Positions 9,709-18,801 of a stretch of 56,796 bases of DNA are shown here, in pieces. The stretch lies in IMG/VR virus record IMGVR_UViG_3300042261_000652, positions 64,001 to 120,796 of that record, one strand, 5' to 3'. Numbering within the stretch: position 1 is the first letter of the stretch; each line of letters opens with the position of its first letter. The translations under genes were made by a program, and so were the position numbers. The notes below the pieces were generated by a model that worked only from the letters and a program-made list of their open reading frames with translations, searched no databases and was not told the DNA's origin. The stretch is from a virus.

Positions 9709-10595
9709 CTCAACAGAAAAAAATGCGCCATTCTAAATTCAGAAATACCGGTATTCTGTTTGAATTGCTGACAAAGCAAGTCACCGCAGATATTATTGCC
9801 GGTAAAGATATATCCGCAGCAAAAAACCTATTACATAAATACTTTCGAGAAAACACCGAGCTGGGACGAGAGTGGCAATTATATAATGCGGTGTTGGCCG
9901 AAAAAATCAAAGATGAGGCTCACGCAGAACGGTTTTTTTCGGTTGTGTTAGAAGCTCGCAAGAAACTCAATAATCGCCAACTCTCTCTTCTCAAATATGA
10001 TTTAATTAAGGAAATTAAAGATTCATATCCAATAGATGAAATGTTAAAAGCCCCCGTGCGAAATTATAGAGTATTAGCCTCCATTTATAAAATCTTTGAA
10101 GATCTCGCATCTTCGGATTGTAAGTTCGACGTAAAAGAAATATATCGGGCAAAAACTTGCATAGTGGAGCATATAGTGGATAAGCCAAAGGCCGCACATT
10201 CTGAAGATGAGCTTATCAATTATTATAAAACTCAAAGCGAGGATATACGGCTTCTTACTTATAAATTGTTATGTGAAAAATTTAATGAAAAATATGAAAG
10301 TACCTTGGACGATGATCAAAAATCAGTATTGCGAGAGTATATCTGTAATGTTGCTAATACAAATAATTTTGATGCATTTGTAAAAAAGAAAGTATCTGAA
10401 ATTAAACAAGCATTGGTTGAGCATATTGATAAAATCAAAACATCCGATGTTATGAAGATAAAGATAAAAGAAGTCATCAACCAATTGGATAAAATCAATC
10501 CCGGTAAAATTGTTAAAGATAACCACGTTATGGTGCTTATGCTTTCATATGAATTATTGAATGAGATTAAACTACAATTGAAAGAATCAAAATGA
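9705..10595 (+). CDS. Hypothetical protein (296 aa)
   Basis: ORF in the operon between portal and protease; 4-nt overlap with the next gene. Confidence 0.5.
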   Translation: MTQQKKMRHSKFRNTGILFELLTKQVTADIIAGKDISAAKNLLHKYFRENTELGREWQLYNAVLAEKIKDEAHAERFFSVVLEARKKLNNRQLSLLKYDLIKEIKDSYPIDEMLKAPVRNYRVLASIYKIFEDLASSDCKFDVKEIYRAKTCIVEHIVDKPKAAHSEDELINYYKTQSEDIRLLTYKLLCEKFNEKYESTLDDDQKSVLREYICNVANTNNFDAFVKKKVSEIKQALVEHIDKIKTSDVMKIKIKEVINQLDKINPGKIVKDNHVMVLMLSYELLNEIKLQLKESK

Positions 10596-12151
10596 ATATA
10601 GATATTAAAGTTCTCACGAAAATATATTCTACATATGGAGTAAATGCCGTCAAGAACTATCCTCAAGTTGATGCAGTGCTTTCTAACTCGAAGCCATACG
10701 TTGATGTAGCTCCTGCTGAATGTCAATCGGTTCTTAAACGGGGCGGATATCAATTTATGACATCCAAGGGGTATTTTAAACCGTCATCGACTGATAGTGA
10801 TGATGGACAGGTGATTTATTATATAAAATCCAACAATTGGTTTATATGGGTATGGGAACATATGTTTCGCATTCTTACGGGGGAAAAACAACTTTCGAAA
10901 TGGATTCTTGGAAATGAGAAATATCCCAAAAGCAAAGCCGTCTCTTTTATGGAAACGTATAAAAAAATGGTGGGGATAGATACTGCTGCTTCTGCCAAAA
11001 ATAAACCGGAAATGCCATCGGATATGGATCGTGTAGCAGGAATTTTTGACTTGGATATTAAAGGTGGGGGCGAACGCATGGTTGATTATAAGCCTACAAT
11101 AGTAGATCCCACGGATGCGCTTATTGCTAAATTAACAAAGCAGGCTGGTTCAAAGAAGACTTTACCCGCCGATACGATAATTGATGTGGGACTGAAAGCT
11201 AAGAACGAAAAGAACACCAAACTTCTTCAGTTTCTCAGTACCATTAAGCCTTTAAATGAAAATTTTATAAAAAAGGATGATCTTCAGAAACTTATTCGTG
11301 GAATAATTAAAACTGTAATGGAAGGGGTTACGAAAAAGAATGATGAAAAACTTTGTGAGGATGGAGGAGCCGCAGTCGCAGGAGATGGCGGGATGTCTAC
11401 GACCTCAGATGTGTCTCCAGTAACAGGTCCAAATGCATTTAAGAGTAAAAAGTCAATTAATAAATCATCTCGGCCCGTTACGGAAAATGAGTTTGATGGT
11501 AAAGAGATGCCTAAACACAATGCGAAATGTACGCCCGAGGAAGAAGCGGAAGCTAATCGTATAGCTAAAGAAATATGGGGATGGCAGGTTGGACCCATGA
11601 GACTGCATTCTATTGATAGACTTGGAGGGAAACATTTTTGGAGTGATGAACATTCGGTATTAAAGAGCAGACACATTATTTGTAAGCAGCGGGATGGTGC
11701 GTGGATATATGTCAAGGGAGACGGCCTGCAAGCAATGTGGGTGAAATTTGAGAATGAACCATTGGCAGAAATAACAACAACCAATTCTGTGGCCGGGTAT
11801 AATATTCCTGGTGCATTTTCTCGTGCGGGGGGTAGTGCGAGGGGAGTGGAAAGTTCTGACAAGCTTGGCTATCAATTAACTAAAATTGGCAAAGAGGATA
11901 TGAAGTTAAAGGCCGACAAGCTTTGTGAAGATGTGGTAAAAAATCTTAACAATTTAAGAAGAGCGCAGTTAGCTCACGATGATGCTGTGCCGAGCGATGA
12001 TCCGGATGCGATAGAATGTCCCGATTGTGGTGGTGATATTGAAATAACTAGCCAAGGTCAAAGTCGAGGCTGCTGGTGGACACACGGAAAGTGTCCCGAA
12101 TGTGGATATAAATATCAGAATGATAATTTCGATCAGCAATATGATTTATGA
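10592..12151 (+). CDS. Hypothetical protein (519 aa) with C-terminal Zn-ribbon
   Basis: 'ECPDCGGD...GKCPECGYKY' at the C-terminus; translationally coupled to both neighbours. Confidence 0.5.
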   Translation: MNIDIKVLTKIYSTYGVNAVKNYPQVDAVLSNSKPYVDVAPAECQSVLKRGGYQFMTSKGYFKPSSTDSDDGQVIYYIKSNNWFIWVWEHMFRILTGEKQLSKWILGNEKYPKSKAVSFMETYKKMVGIDTAASAKNKPEMPSDMDRVAGIFDLDIKGGGERMVDYKPTIVDPTDALIAKLTKQAGSKKTLPADTIIDVGLKAKNEKNTKLLQFLSTIKPLNENFIKKDDLQKLIRGIIKTVMEGVTKKNDEKLCEDGGAAVAGDGGMSTTSDVSPVTGPNAFKSKKSINKSSRPVTENEFDGKEMPKHNAKCTPEEEAEANRIAKEIWGWQVGPMRLHSIDRLGGKHFWSDEHSVLKSRHIICKQRDGAWIYVKGDGLQAMWVKFENEPLAEITTTNSVAGYNIPGAFSRAGGSARGVESSDKLGYQLTKIGKEDMKLKADKLCEDVVKNLNNLRRAQLAHDDAVPSDDPDAIECPDCGGDIEITSQGQSRGCWWTHGKCPECGYKYQNDNFDQQYDL

Positions 12152-13011
12152 TTAGTTTAAGAAGAATGGTAGAATCGTACAATGTGTCGGGTCAATATTA
12201 CGACCTTGGGAGAGATTTTGCCAATTTTCGTCGGATGATTGATGGGGCTGACCAGCAAATCCGACAACAATATGAAAAGGCAATTTCTGAGAAATTGGTG
12301 GGTAAACGAGTCCGTGCCCGTGCCTCCCGTGGATATAAACAATATGTTAAAGATTATGAATTTGACATTGCCAGAATTACACTGGACGATTATTATGATA
12401 ATTTTGTAGTTGTCGCTTATGATTCTACTACTCCCAAAGCAAAAGAATATTTTCTAAAGCCCGGATTTAAAGTGCAGATTCTCGGGTCTTCTACAGGTCA
12501 ACCATCTCCGCAAAAAGGAAATAAACCCGGGGATGCGGTTTCGCAAAAGCCGACAGTTCCTCCGCAACAACATCAGACGCAATCGGATACGATGCCGCCT
12601 CAATCTACAGTACAACCGGGATCTTCAACGAATGAAAAACCTCTCAGAGAAGCGCCTGAAAAGCAGAGTGGCCTTTATGATGCATATCCAATCGATCAAA
12701 TTGAAAAGGATATTAAACAATGGCTTCCAACAATTCTCATCAAGCCCGATATAGCAATGCGGGACTTCATACGTGGACTTGGATGGCAACGTGATTTGGG
12801 ACGAGGAACGATAGTAGCATTGTATGATTTGAAAATTCCGTCGGATTATATTAAACCTGAAATTAAAGTAGATCATATAAAAGAATTGATCACGGGACAA
12901 AATATATCGCAGACCGGCTCAGCCTCCATTCAATATGATGTATCGCAGATGAAGCTGGATGATACGAAAGACGAGTGGCAAATTCGAATAAAAAAGACGA
13001 CGACAAAGTAA
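12148..13011 (+). CDS. Hypothetical protein (287 aa); candidate prohead-core/internal protein
   Basis: N-terminus 'MISLRRMVES' resembles the MIKLKxLLxE leader of the effector family; sits where T4 has the prohead core genes gp67/gp68, between portal and protease. Confidence 0.5.
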   Translation: MISLRRMVESYNVSGQYYDLGRDFANFRRMIDGADQQIRQQYEKAISEKLVGKRVRARASRGYKQYVKDYEFDIARITLDDYYDNFVVVAYDSTTPKAKEYFLKPGFKVQILGSSTGQPSPQKGNKPGDAVSQKPTVPPQQHQTQSDTMPPQSTVQPGSSTNEKPLREAPEKQSGLYDAYPIDQIEKDIKQWLPTILIKPDIAMRDFIRGLGWQRDLGRGTIVALYDLKIPSDYIKPEIKVDHIKELITGQNISQTGSASIQYDVSQMKLDDTKDEWQIRIKKTTTK

Positions 13012-13015
13012 GTGT

Positions 13016-14749
13016 ATGAATAACGAAAATAAAAAACTTTTGATGGAATGTATTACATTCGAAGCCGATCCACGGCTGCTTAAAGAATCTAGCGATCATC
13101 CAAATCAGCCATTCCGAGTGAGTGGAATTTTACAACGCAAAGGTAAAAAAAACCAAAATGGCCGTATTTACCCCGATGAAATTCTAATGCGTGAAGCTGA
13201 AAAATATTCAAACGTTTTCATAAAAGATAGACGGGCGATGGGTGAATTAGATCATCCGGAATGTAAAAGAGTTGGAACTGAGATACTTACGAAAGATGGA
13301 TGGAAAGATTTGCGTGATGTTAAAATCGGAGATATAATTCCGACGTTAAATACCACAACAGATACGTTGGAATATAATCCAATCGAACGAGTGATCAACG
13401 AACCATATAATGGTAAAATGATATCTATCATTGGAAAAAATATAGATACATTGGTTACTCCAAACCACAGATTTATTTTAAAAGATAGAAATGGAAAATT
13501 TCTGGAAAAAACCGCACGAGAAATGTTGGATATATCGAAAATAAATAAGAATCCACATTTATCAATTCCAGTTGTAGTTAATAATTGGAATGGATTTGCA
13601 TATGATGTATATAAAATAGATGCCATTCCAACAGAAGAAATATTAAAACACGCATCTTTAGAATTTGGAATTAAACAAACCACGACATTAAATTTAGATG
13701 CATCTGCATGGTTTTCATTTTTAGGATTTTATTTGGCCGAAGGACATTGTGATAATAGAGAAACTCAAAGCGGCTATGGAGTATACATCTCTCAAAACAA
13801 AGGAGAACTCGCCGATAAATTCCGAGAAATTCTATCACAATTAAGTCCAGAATTACAGTGGCACGAAAATGATAAGGGAGAAAACGCCATCATTTTTACG
13901 ACATATGATGCTCGTTTATGGACATATTTATCTAAATTGGGAAATCAATATACAAAATATATTCCCGATGATATAAAATTGGCATCTGTAGATTTACTTC
14001 AAAATTTATATGACTGGTATTTGAATGGAGATGGAACAGTTGTAGGAGAATATGATAGATCTTCCATATGTTCCGTATCCAAACAGTTAATGGAAGACTT
14101 TTACGAAGTAATATTAAAATTGGGAATGACCGGAGTTATTAAAGAACAAGTATCAAAGGATGATTATATGTTCGCCGGAAGATTAATAGAAATTAAAAAT
14201 AAAGTTCCATTGTATAGATTGTGGATTAAAACTGCGAAAGAGGTTTATCTAGATTTTCGATTTATAAAAATTGAAGAAGTCGATTACAATGATACCGTTC
14301 ATTGTGTGACTGTAAAGAACGGAACGTTTTATTGCCGGGATAGAAATAAAGCATTCTGGACTGGAAACTCCTCGGTGGTTAATTTAAAAAATGTCTCCCA
14401 CAATGTTATAGAAATGCATTGGCAGGGAGATGACTTGGTGGGCACAGTAGAAGTTCTCACAACTCCAAATGGAAATATTTTGCGGGAATTATTCAGAAAC
14501 GGAATTAAGTTGGGCATTTCAAGTCGTGGACTTGGAAGTTTAAAGAAAATTTCAGAAAGTTCGGCCATTGTGGGCGATGACTTTGAACTTATTGCGTTTG
14601 ATTTCGTTTCAAATCCCAGCACACAGGGGGCTTTTATGGCACCCCAAGGGCAAGTGGCATTATCAGAAGGCATTATAAAAAATCCAATGACTAATAAATG
14701 GGAACGCACTGACGATATCATTAGAAATATTCTCTCAGAATTGGGTTAA
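13016..14749 (+). CDS. Prohead protease (T4 gp21-like) interrupted by an intein
   Basis: 'GELDHPE' then insertion; extein resumes 'SSVVNLKNVSHNVIEMHWQGDDLVGT...GISSRGLGSL', matching recalled gp21 'GELNHP...MWWKGNDVYG...SSRGLGS'. Extein length is ~208 aa against 212 aa for gp21. Confidence 0.75.
   Translation: MNNENKKLLMECITFEADPRLLKESSDHPNQPFRVSGILQRKGKKNQNGRIYPDEILMREAEKYSNVFIKDRRAMGELDHPECKRVGTEILTKDGWKDLRDVKIGDIIPTLNTTTDTLEYNPIERVINEPYNGKMISIIGKNIDTLVTPNHRFILKDRNGKFLEKTAREMLDISKINKNPHLSIPVVVNNWNGFAYDVYKIDAIPTEEILKHASLEFGIKQTTTLNLDASAWFSFLGFYLAEGHCDNRETQSGYGVYISQNKGELADKFREILSQLSPELQWHENDKGENAIIFTTYDARLWTYLSKLGNQYTKYIPDDIKLASVDLLQNLYDWYLNGDGTVVGEYDRSSICSVSKQLMEDFYEVILKLGMTGVIKEQVSKDDYMFAGRLIEIKNKVPLYRLWIKTAKEVYLDFRFIKIEEVDYNDTVHCVTVKNGTFYCRDRNKAFWTGNSSVVNLKNVSHNVIEMHWQGDDLVGTVEVLTTPNGNILRELFRNGIKLGISSRGLGSLKKISESSAIVGDDFELIAFDFVSNPSTQGAFMAPQGQVALSEGIIKNPMTNKWERTDDIIRNILSELG
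13262..14368 (+). mobile_element. Intein with LAGLIDADG endonuclease domain inside the prohead protease
   Basis: Starts with Cys (tgt 13262) after 'DHPE'. LAGLIDADG motifs 'FLGFYLAEGHC' and 'LYDWYLNGDGT'; block F/G 'VHCVTVKNGTFYCRD...AFWTGN' followed by Ser. Confidence 0.6.
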
Positions 14750-14802
14750 TTTGATTTGACGGCATTATACTTGTATGATAGTATGATGCAATAAAGTCAA
14801 AT

Positions 14803-16491
14803 ATGAATGATGCAATCATCAAATGGATAGCGGATAATTTGCAATATTTTCGTGGATTAATTTGCAAAAAATGCAAGCGAGAATGGTTTGAAAAGTATGG
14901 ATTCTTAGATAAATGGCAAGAAATACACGATATTACGTTATTTCTCGATGCATTAAATCCAACATTTCCTCAGCGAGTATGGCATATTGTCCATGATCAT
15001 TTGTCGACAATAAAATGCGCCAATCCTTCCTGTCAAAACTCTCCAAAATTCTGGTCTTTTAATATTGGATATTTGAGAACTTGTTCTACATCTTGTGCTC
15101 AATATGACCCACTTACTCAAGAAAAAATACAAATCACCAATCTCGATAAATATGGTTATAAATATGGGTTGCAGAATCCGGATATAATTAAGCGAAGAAT
15201 ATCTTCCATTCGAGAAAAATATGGCGTAAATAATATTTCACAAGTCGATGGCATATCGGAAAAGAAACAAGAAACGTGTTTAAAAAATTATGGAACGAAA
15301 TGGTTTTTGGAAAGAAGTGATATTGTTAGAGAATGTTTGGTGAGAAAGTACGGAGTAGAAAATGTTCAACAAGTTGACGAAATATCATCAAAAACATCTC
15401 AAACCAGAACAAATAATTTTTATGATGAATTAGTCGGGTCGGACAGATTTAAAGGAAAAGTAGTTCCATCATTTTCCAAGGAAGAATATGATGGAGTGGG
15501 AAAAGAATATAAATTTAAATGTACGTCGTGCTTTTCTGAATTCTCCTATGTTTTACGGTGGGACCGCATTCCGAGATGCCCCATTTGTTTCAAAGGATCA
15601 TCCATATTTGAACAAGAAATTACAAATTATATCAAAACGCTATTGCCTGCGACTGATATAATGGAAAATGTGAAGTCGATCTTATCCAACAATAGAGAGT
15701 TGGATATTTATATTCCATCTAAAAATTTGGCGATTGAGTGCAATGGATTATTTTGGCACGGGGAAGTTGGAGGAAATAAAAATAGAAATTATCATTTAAA
15801 TAAGACAATTGAATGTGAATCTAAAAATATCCATTTAATTCATATTTTCGAAGATGAGTGGATTTTGTCTCCGGATATTATTAAAAACAGATTGGCCCAC
15901 ATAATGGGATTACACAAAGTTGCCAAATCCATATATGCCAGAAATTGTGAAATAAAAGAAGTATCAAATAAAGATAAAAATAATTTTCTTAATGCCAATC
16001 ATATTCAAGGAACCGATAGAAGTAAAATACGATTGGGATTATTTTATAATAATGATATGGTCGCAGTTATGACATTTGGAAGTAGGCGAATATTTACCAA
16101 TTCTGTCTATATTGAAAATGAGTATGAACTTATACGATATGCCACTTCTATTCCAGTTGTGGGCGGAGGAAGTAAGCTGATGACGCATTTTATAAAAACA
16201 TATTCGCCAAAGAAAATTATCTCGTATGCGGATAGGCGATGGACTTATTATAAAAATAATTTATATGAGCGGATTGGGTTTAAAAAAGTATCAGATGGAA
16301 CACCCAACTATTGGTATTTTGGTCGTCAAGGAAATTATCGTAGATTTCATCGATTTGGATTTGCAAAACATACTTTATCTAAGCGATTGGCCTTTTTTGA
16401 TCCGAGTCTCACGGAATGGGAGAATATGAAAAATAATGGATGGGACAGGATTTGGGATTGTGGAAGTTTAAAGTATGAAATGGCATTTTAA
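14803..16491 (+). CDS. Zn-finger protein with KYGVxNxxQVD tandem repeats and a Vsr/DUF559-like PD-(D/E)xK endonuclease domain; candidate free-standing homing endonuclease
   Basis: 'CKKCKREW', 'CANPSCQN...CSTSC'. Repeats 'REKYGVNNISQVDGISEKK / LKNYGTKWFLERSD / VRKYGVENVQQVDEISSK'. Nuclease core 'ELDIYIPSKNLAIECNGLFWHGE' matches the Vsr/DUF559 pattern (VDF...AIEvDG.FWHg). Confidence 0.6.
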   Translation: MNDAIIKWIADNLQYFRGLICKKCKREWFEKYGFLDKWQEIHDITLFLDALNPTFPQRVWHIVHDHLSTIKCANPSCQNSPKFWSFNIGYLRTCSTSCAQYDPLTQEKIQITNLDKYGYKYGLQNPDIIKRRISSIREKYGVNNISQVDGISEKKQETCLKNYGTKWFLERSDIVRECLVRKYGVENVQQVDEISSKTSQTRTNNFYDELVGSDRFKGKVVPSFSKEEYDGVGKEYKFKCTSCFSEFSYVLRWDRIPRCPICFKGSSIFEQEITNYIKTLLPATDIMENVKSILSNNRELDIYIPSKNLAIECNGLFWHGEVGGNKNRNYHLNKTIECESKNIHLIHIFEDEWILSPDIIKNRLAHIMGLHKVAKSIYARNCEIKEVSNKDKNNFLNANHIQGTDRSKIRLGLFYNNDMVAVMTFGSRRIFTNSVYIENEYELIRYATSIPVVGGGSKLMTHFIKTYSPKKIISYADRRWTYYKNNLYERIGFKKVSDGTPNYWYFGRQGNYRRFHRFGFAKHTLSKRLAFFDPSLTEWENMKNNGWDRIWDCGSLKYEMAF

Positions 16492-16509
16492 TTTATATTT
16501 ATAAACAAT

Positions 16510-16824
16510 ATGTTAAACAAAAAAGAATTTAAAAAGTTGGTTAAGCAATGTATTGCTGAAGTTATAACAGAAACTTCAAACGAATCGGTATGCCAACAAT
16601 GCAATGTTCATAATCTAAAAGAAATTGCGGGTGAGGAGCCACTGTATGTGGAATTTGTTTCTCAACGCAAAGGAGAGAATCCATTTACGTGGAGGGGAAC
16701 GAAGTGGGAATATGTCAATGCCAAATATCCGGATGGAAAGATTGACATTGGAGTTTATTCTTTTGCTGATGATATGGTCATATCATATTCAACATTTCAG
16801 CGATGGGTAGGTAATGCCAAATAA
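16510..16824 (+). CDS. Small hypothetical protein (104 aa), paralog of the 16830 gene
   Basis: Shares N-terminus 'FKKLVKQCIAEVITE' with the next gene's 'LKQLIKECIVEVLTE'; ATATTTATAA box 12 nt upstream. Confidence 0.5.
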   Translation: MLNKKEFKKLVKQCIAEVITETSNESVCQQCNVHNLKEIAGEEPLYVEFVSQRKGENPFTWRGTKWEYVNAKYPDGKIDIGVYSFADDMVISYSTFQRWVGNAK

Positions 16825-16829
16825 TTTAT

Positions 16830-17240
16830 ATGACCACGACGGGACTCAAACAGTTAATTAAAGAGTGTATTGTGGAAGTCTTAACGGAAGATCTTTCCGA
16901 AGGATTTGACCCTCTATCTTGGGGGCCAAACAATCCTCAAGAAAATCCATATCCGGCGTGGAATGCTAAAATGAGAACAATGGAAGAAGATAAGTCCGAC
17001 AGTCGACCCCACACTCCACAGACGCAAGGTGATGGTTTTGACGAGTTTCGTAAAGAAATGGGAACGGATCGAGTAAACGAGTTTTTATCAAAGTTTGGGT
17101 TGGGGCCAAATTATATTCCAAAAAAACCAAAAACATATACGTGTCCAAAATGTAAAGGGCAAAATGCCACTTATGCCGAAGAAGGAGCAGATTGCGATGG
17201 AGGACAAAATGAAGTGGTTTTGAACTGTCCCGATTGTTAA
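16830..17240 (+). CDS. Small hypothetical protein (136 aa) with C-terminal CxxC...CxxC Zn-ribbon, paralog of the 16510 gene
   Basis: Conserved leader 'LKQLIKECIVEVLTE'; 'CPKCKG...NCPDC'. Confidence 0.5.
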   Translation: MTTTGLKQLIKECIVEVLTEDLSEGFDPLSWGPNNPQENPYPAWNAKMRTMEEDKSDSRPHTPQTQGDGFDEFRKEMGTDRVNEFLSKFGLGPNYIPKKPKTYTCPKCKGQNATYAEEGADCDGGQNEVVLNCPDC

Positions 17241-17279
17241 TATATCAAACTTAAAATATAATAACTTTACAATTTGCAA

Positions 17280-17312
17280 AATCTTGCATATGATATTGTC
17301 ATATGCAAGATT
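17280..17312. promoter_or_regulatory. Perfect 14-bp inverted repeat (AATCTTGCATATGA-tattg-TCATATGCAAGATT) containing the 17303 start codon
   Basis: Arms 17280-17293 and 17299-17312 are exact reverse complements; the ATG at 17303-17305 lies inside the right arm. Confidence 0.5.
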
Positions 17313-18316
17313 GTTTGTTTTCTGATACCAAATTAAATTATGCCGACATCATTCTTCGGCATAATAAATCCGCCGTCTCCACGAGAAGTGATTGTGACAT
17401 ATCATTCAAACTCGGCGATAAAATTTATGCTGCGCCCGTATGTTGCAGCAATATGAAATCCATTTTAAATCGACATATTTGTAAAATATTCGATGATCGG
17501 AATTGGTTTTATGTTTATCATCGCATAGATGGTGTGCAAGACGTTGAGCGATTCGTATGGGACGCTAATTGTCGGGAATCGTCTATGTGGAAATATGGCG
17601 GAGTTATTGATAGAAAATTTAATACAATATCAATATCCGTTGGCGTTGGCGATGAATGGTGTGATTTAATCAGTCGGCTACATATTGAAGGATTGCGAGT
17701 TGATGCTATTACCGTTGACGTGGCGCTGTCTTACAATGATAATGTGATTCCCATCATAAATCGTATCAAAGAAAAATTTCCCAAGGCTTATTTAATTGTG
17801 GGAAATGGATGTATCAAAGAATGGATTAGTTGGTTGGAAGATTTGGGAGTTAATTGTGCAAAAATCGGAATTGGAGTTTCGAGTGCCTGTAGAACTCGGC
17901 AATATACGGGATTTGGATCAACTACGGTATCATCTTTGATTGAATGTGTAGAGGCTGCCAAGACGATTGATATTATGAGTGATGGTGGGTTGACTGTAGA
18001 CGCCAATGGAGAAGTTTGGATTGGAGATATTAATAAGAGTCTGGTTTTAGGAGCCGATATTGTTATGTCGGGCGCACTATTCAAAAACTGCATAGATTCT
18101 CCATCGATTATTGAGGGCTATTATGGTAATGCGTCAGAGCACGCCAAGCAAACAAAACGTCATATAGAAGGAACTAAACTGCATGTCGAAACGAACGGCT
18201 TGACTATTAGTCAAATGTGTGATTTAATAGAGGACAGTATCAAATCAGGAATTAGTTATAGCGGAGGGAACAAAATATCGGATTTGCGAAATTGTAGATA
18301 TGAAATCGTCCACTAA
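17303..18316 (+). CDS. IMP dehydrogenase / GMP reductase family protein (catalytic TIM-barrel core, no CBS domains seen)
   Basis: 'KIGIGVSSACRTRQYTGFG' aligns with IMPDH 'GIGPGSICTTR' (catalytic Cys loop); 'IMSDGGLTVDANGEVWIGDINKSLVLGADIVMSGALF' aligns with 'IIADGGI..GDI.KALA.GA..VM.GS'. Confidence 0.6.
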   Translation: MQDCLFSDTKLNYADIILRHNKSAVSTRSDCDISFKLGDKIYAAPVCCSNMKSILNRHICKIFDDRNWFYVYHRIDGVQDVERFVWDANCRESSMWKYGGVIDRKFNTISISVGVGDEWCDLISRLHIEGLRVDAITVDVALSYNDNVIPIINRIKEKFPKAYLIVGNGCIKEWISWLEDLGVNCAKIGIGVSSACRTRQYTGFGSTTVSSLIECVEAAKTIDIMSDGGLTVDANGEVWIGDINKSLVLGADIVMSGALFKNCIDSPSIIEGYYGNASEHAKQTKRHIEGTKLHVETNGLTISQMCDLIEDSIKSGISYSGGNKISDLRNCRYEIVH

Positions 18317-18528
18317 GTCGCCCCATTCAGTGTTTCTTATTCACCACGAAGTGTTAAGAGCTATTATAGAAAACAATCTCACTTTAATAGGACGGGATGG
18401 GGAATTACGTCGCCAAGAGTGTTATTAGACATTGTAGATGGCTATGAAGTTGCAATTTATAAACCGGAAGAGGGAAGTTTCAAGTTAAATATTTCCGATA
18501 TAATTCAAAATTTATTGAATAAATTAAA

Positions 18529-18801
18529 ATGAGCCGCTTTGAACATATTAAAGAACAATTGGCCGAACTCAACGGAGATGCATATCTATTCGACGGATTT
18601 GAAGAAGGTATGGTCGGGTATACTCAACAATACGGCAGAGCTCCCGTTGCGTGTTACGATTATGATGCGTGTATAAAAATATTAGTCGAACGAGACGATA
18701 TGTCCGAAGAAGAAGCAATAGAGTTTTTTGAATTCAACACGGTAGGATGTGGAGGGTTGGGAGCGAATACACCTGCCATATTGCGGCAAGTTAAGAGTTG
18801 A
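18529..18801 (+). CDS. Small hypothetical protein (90 aa)
   Basis: ORF with an acidic core; its stop codon overlaps the -35 box of the downstream promoter. Confidence 0.45.
   Translation: MSRFEHIKEQLAELNGDAYLFDGFEEGMVGYTQQYGRAPVACYDYDACIKILVERDDMSEEEAIEFFEFNTVGCGGLGANTPAILRQVKS

Noticed and set aside
11284-11862. 192-aa minus-strand ORF inside the 10592..12151 gene
   Set aside because: It is embedded antisense to a longer plus ORF that is translationally coupled to both neighbours. The composition is low-complexity Ser/Pro.
18317-18532. Stop-free in-frame continuation (71 codons) after the TAA of the IMPDH-family gene, ending in a TGA overlapping the 18529 ATG
   Set aside because: There is no ATG; the only candidate is an internal GTG. 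It could be a readthrough extension or a small GTG-initiated ORF ('VLLDIVDGYEVAIYKPEEGSF...'), but there is no supporting signal. Left unannotated.
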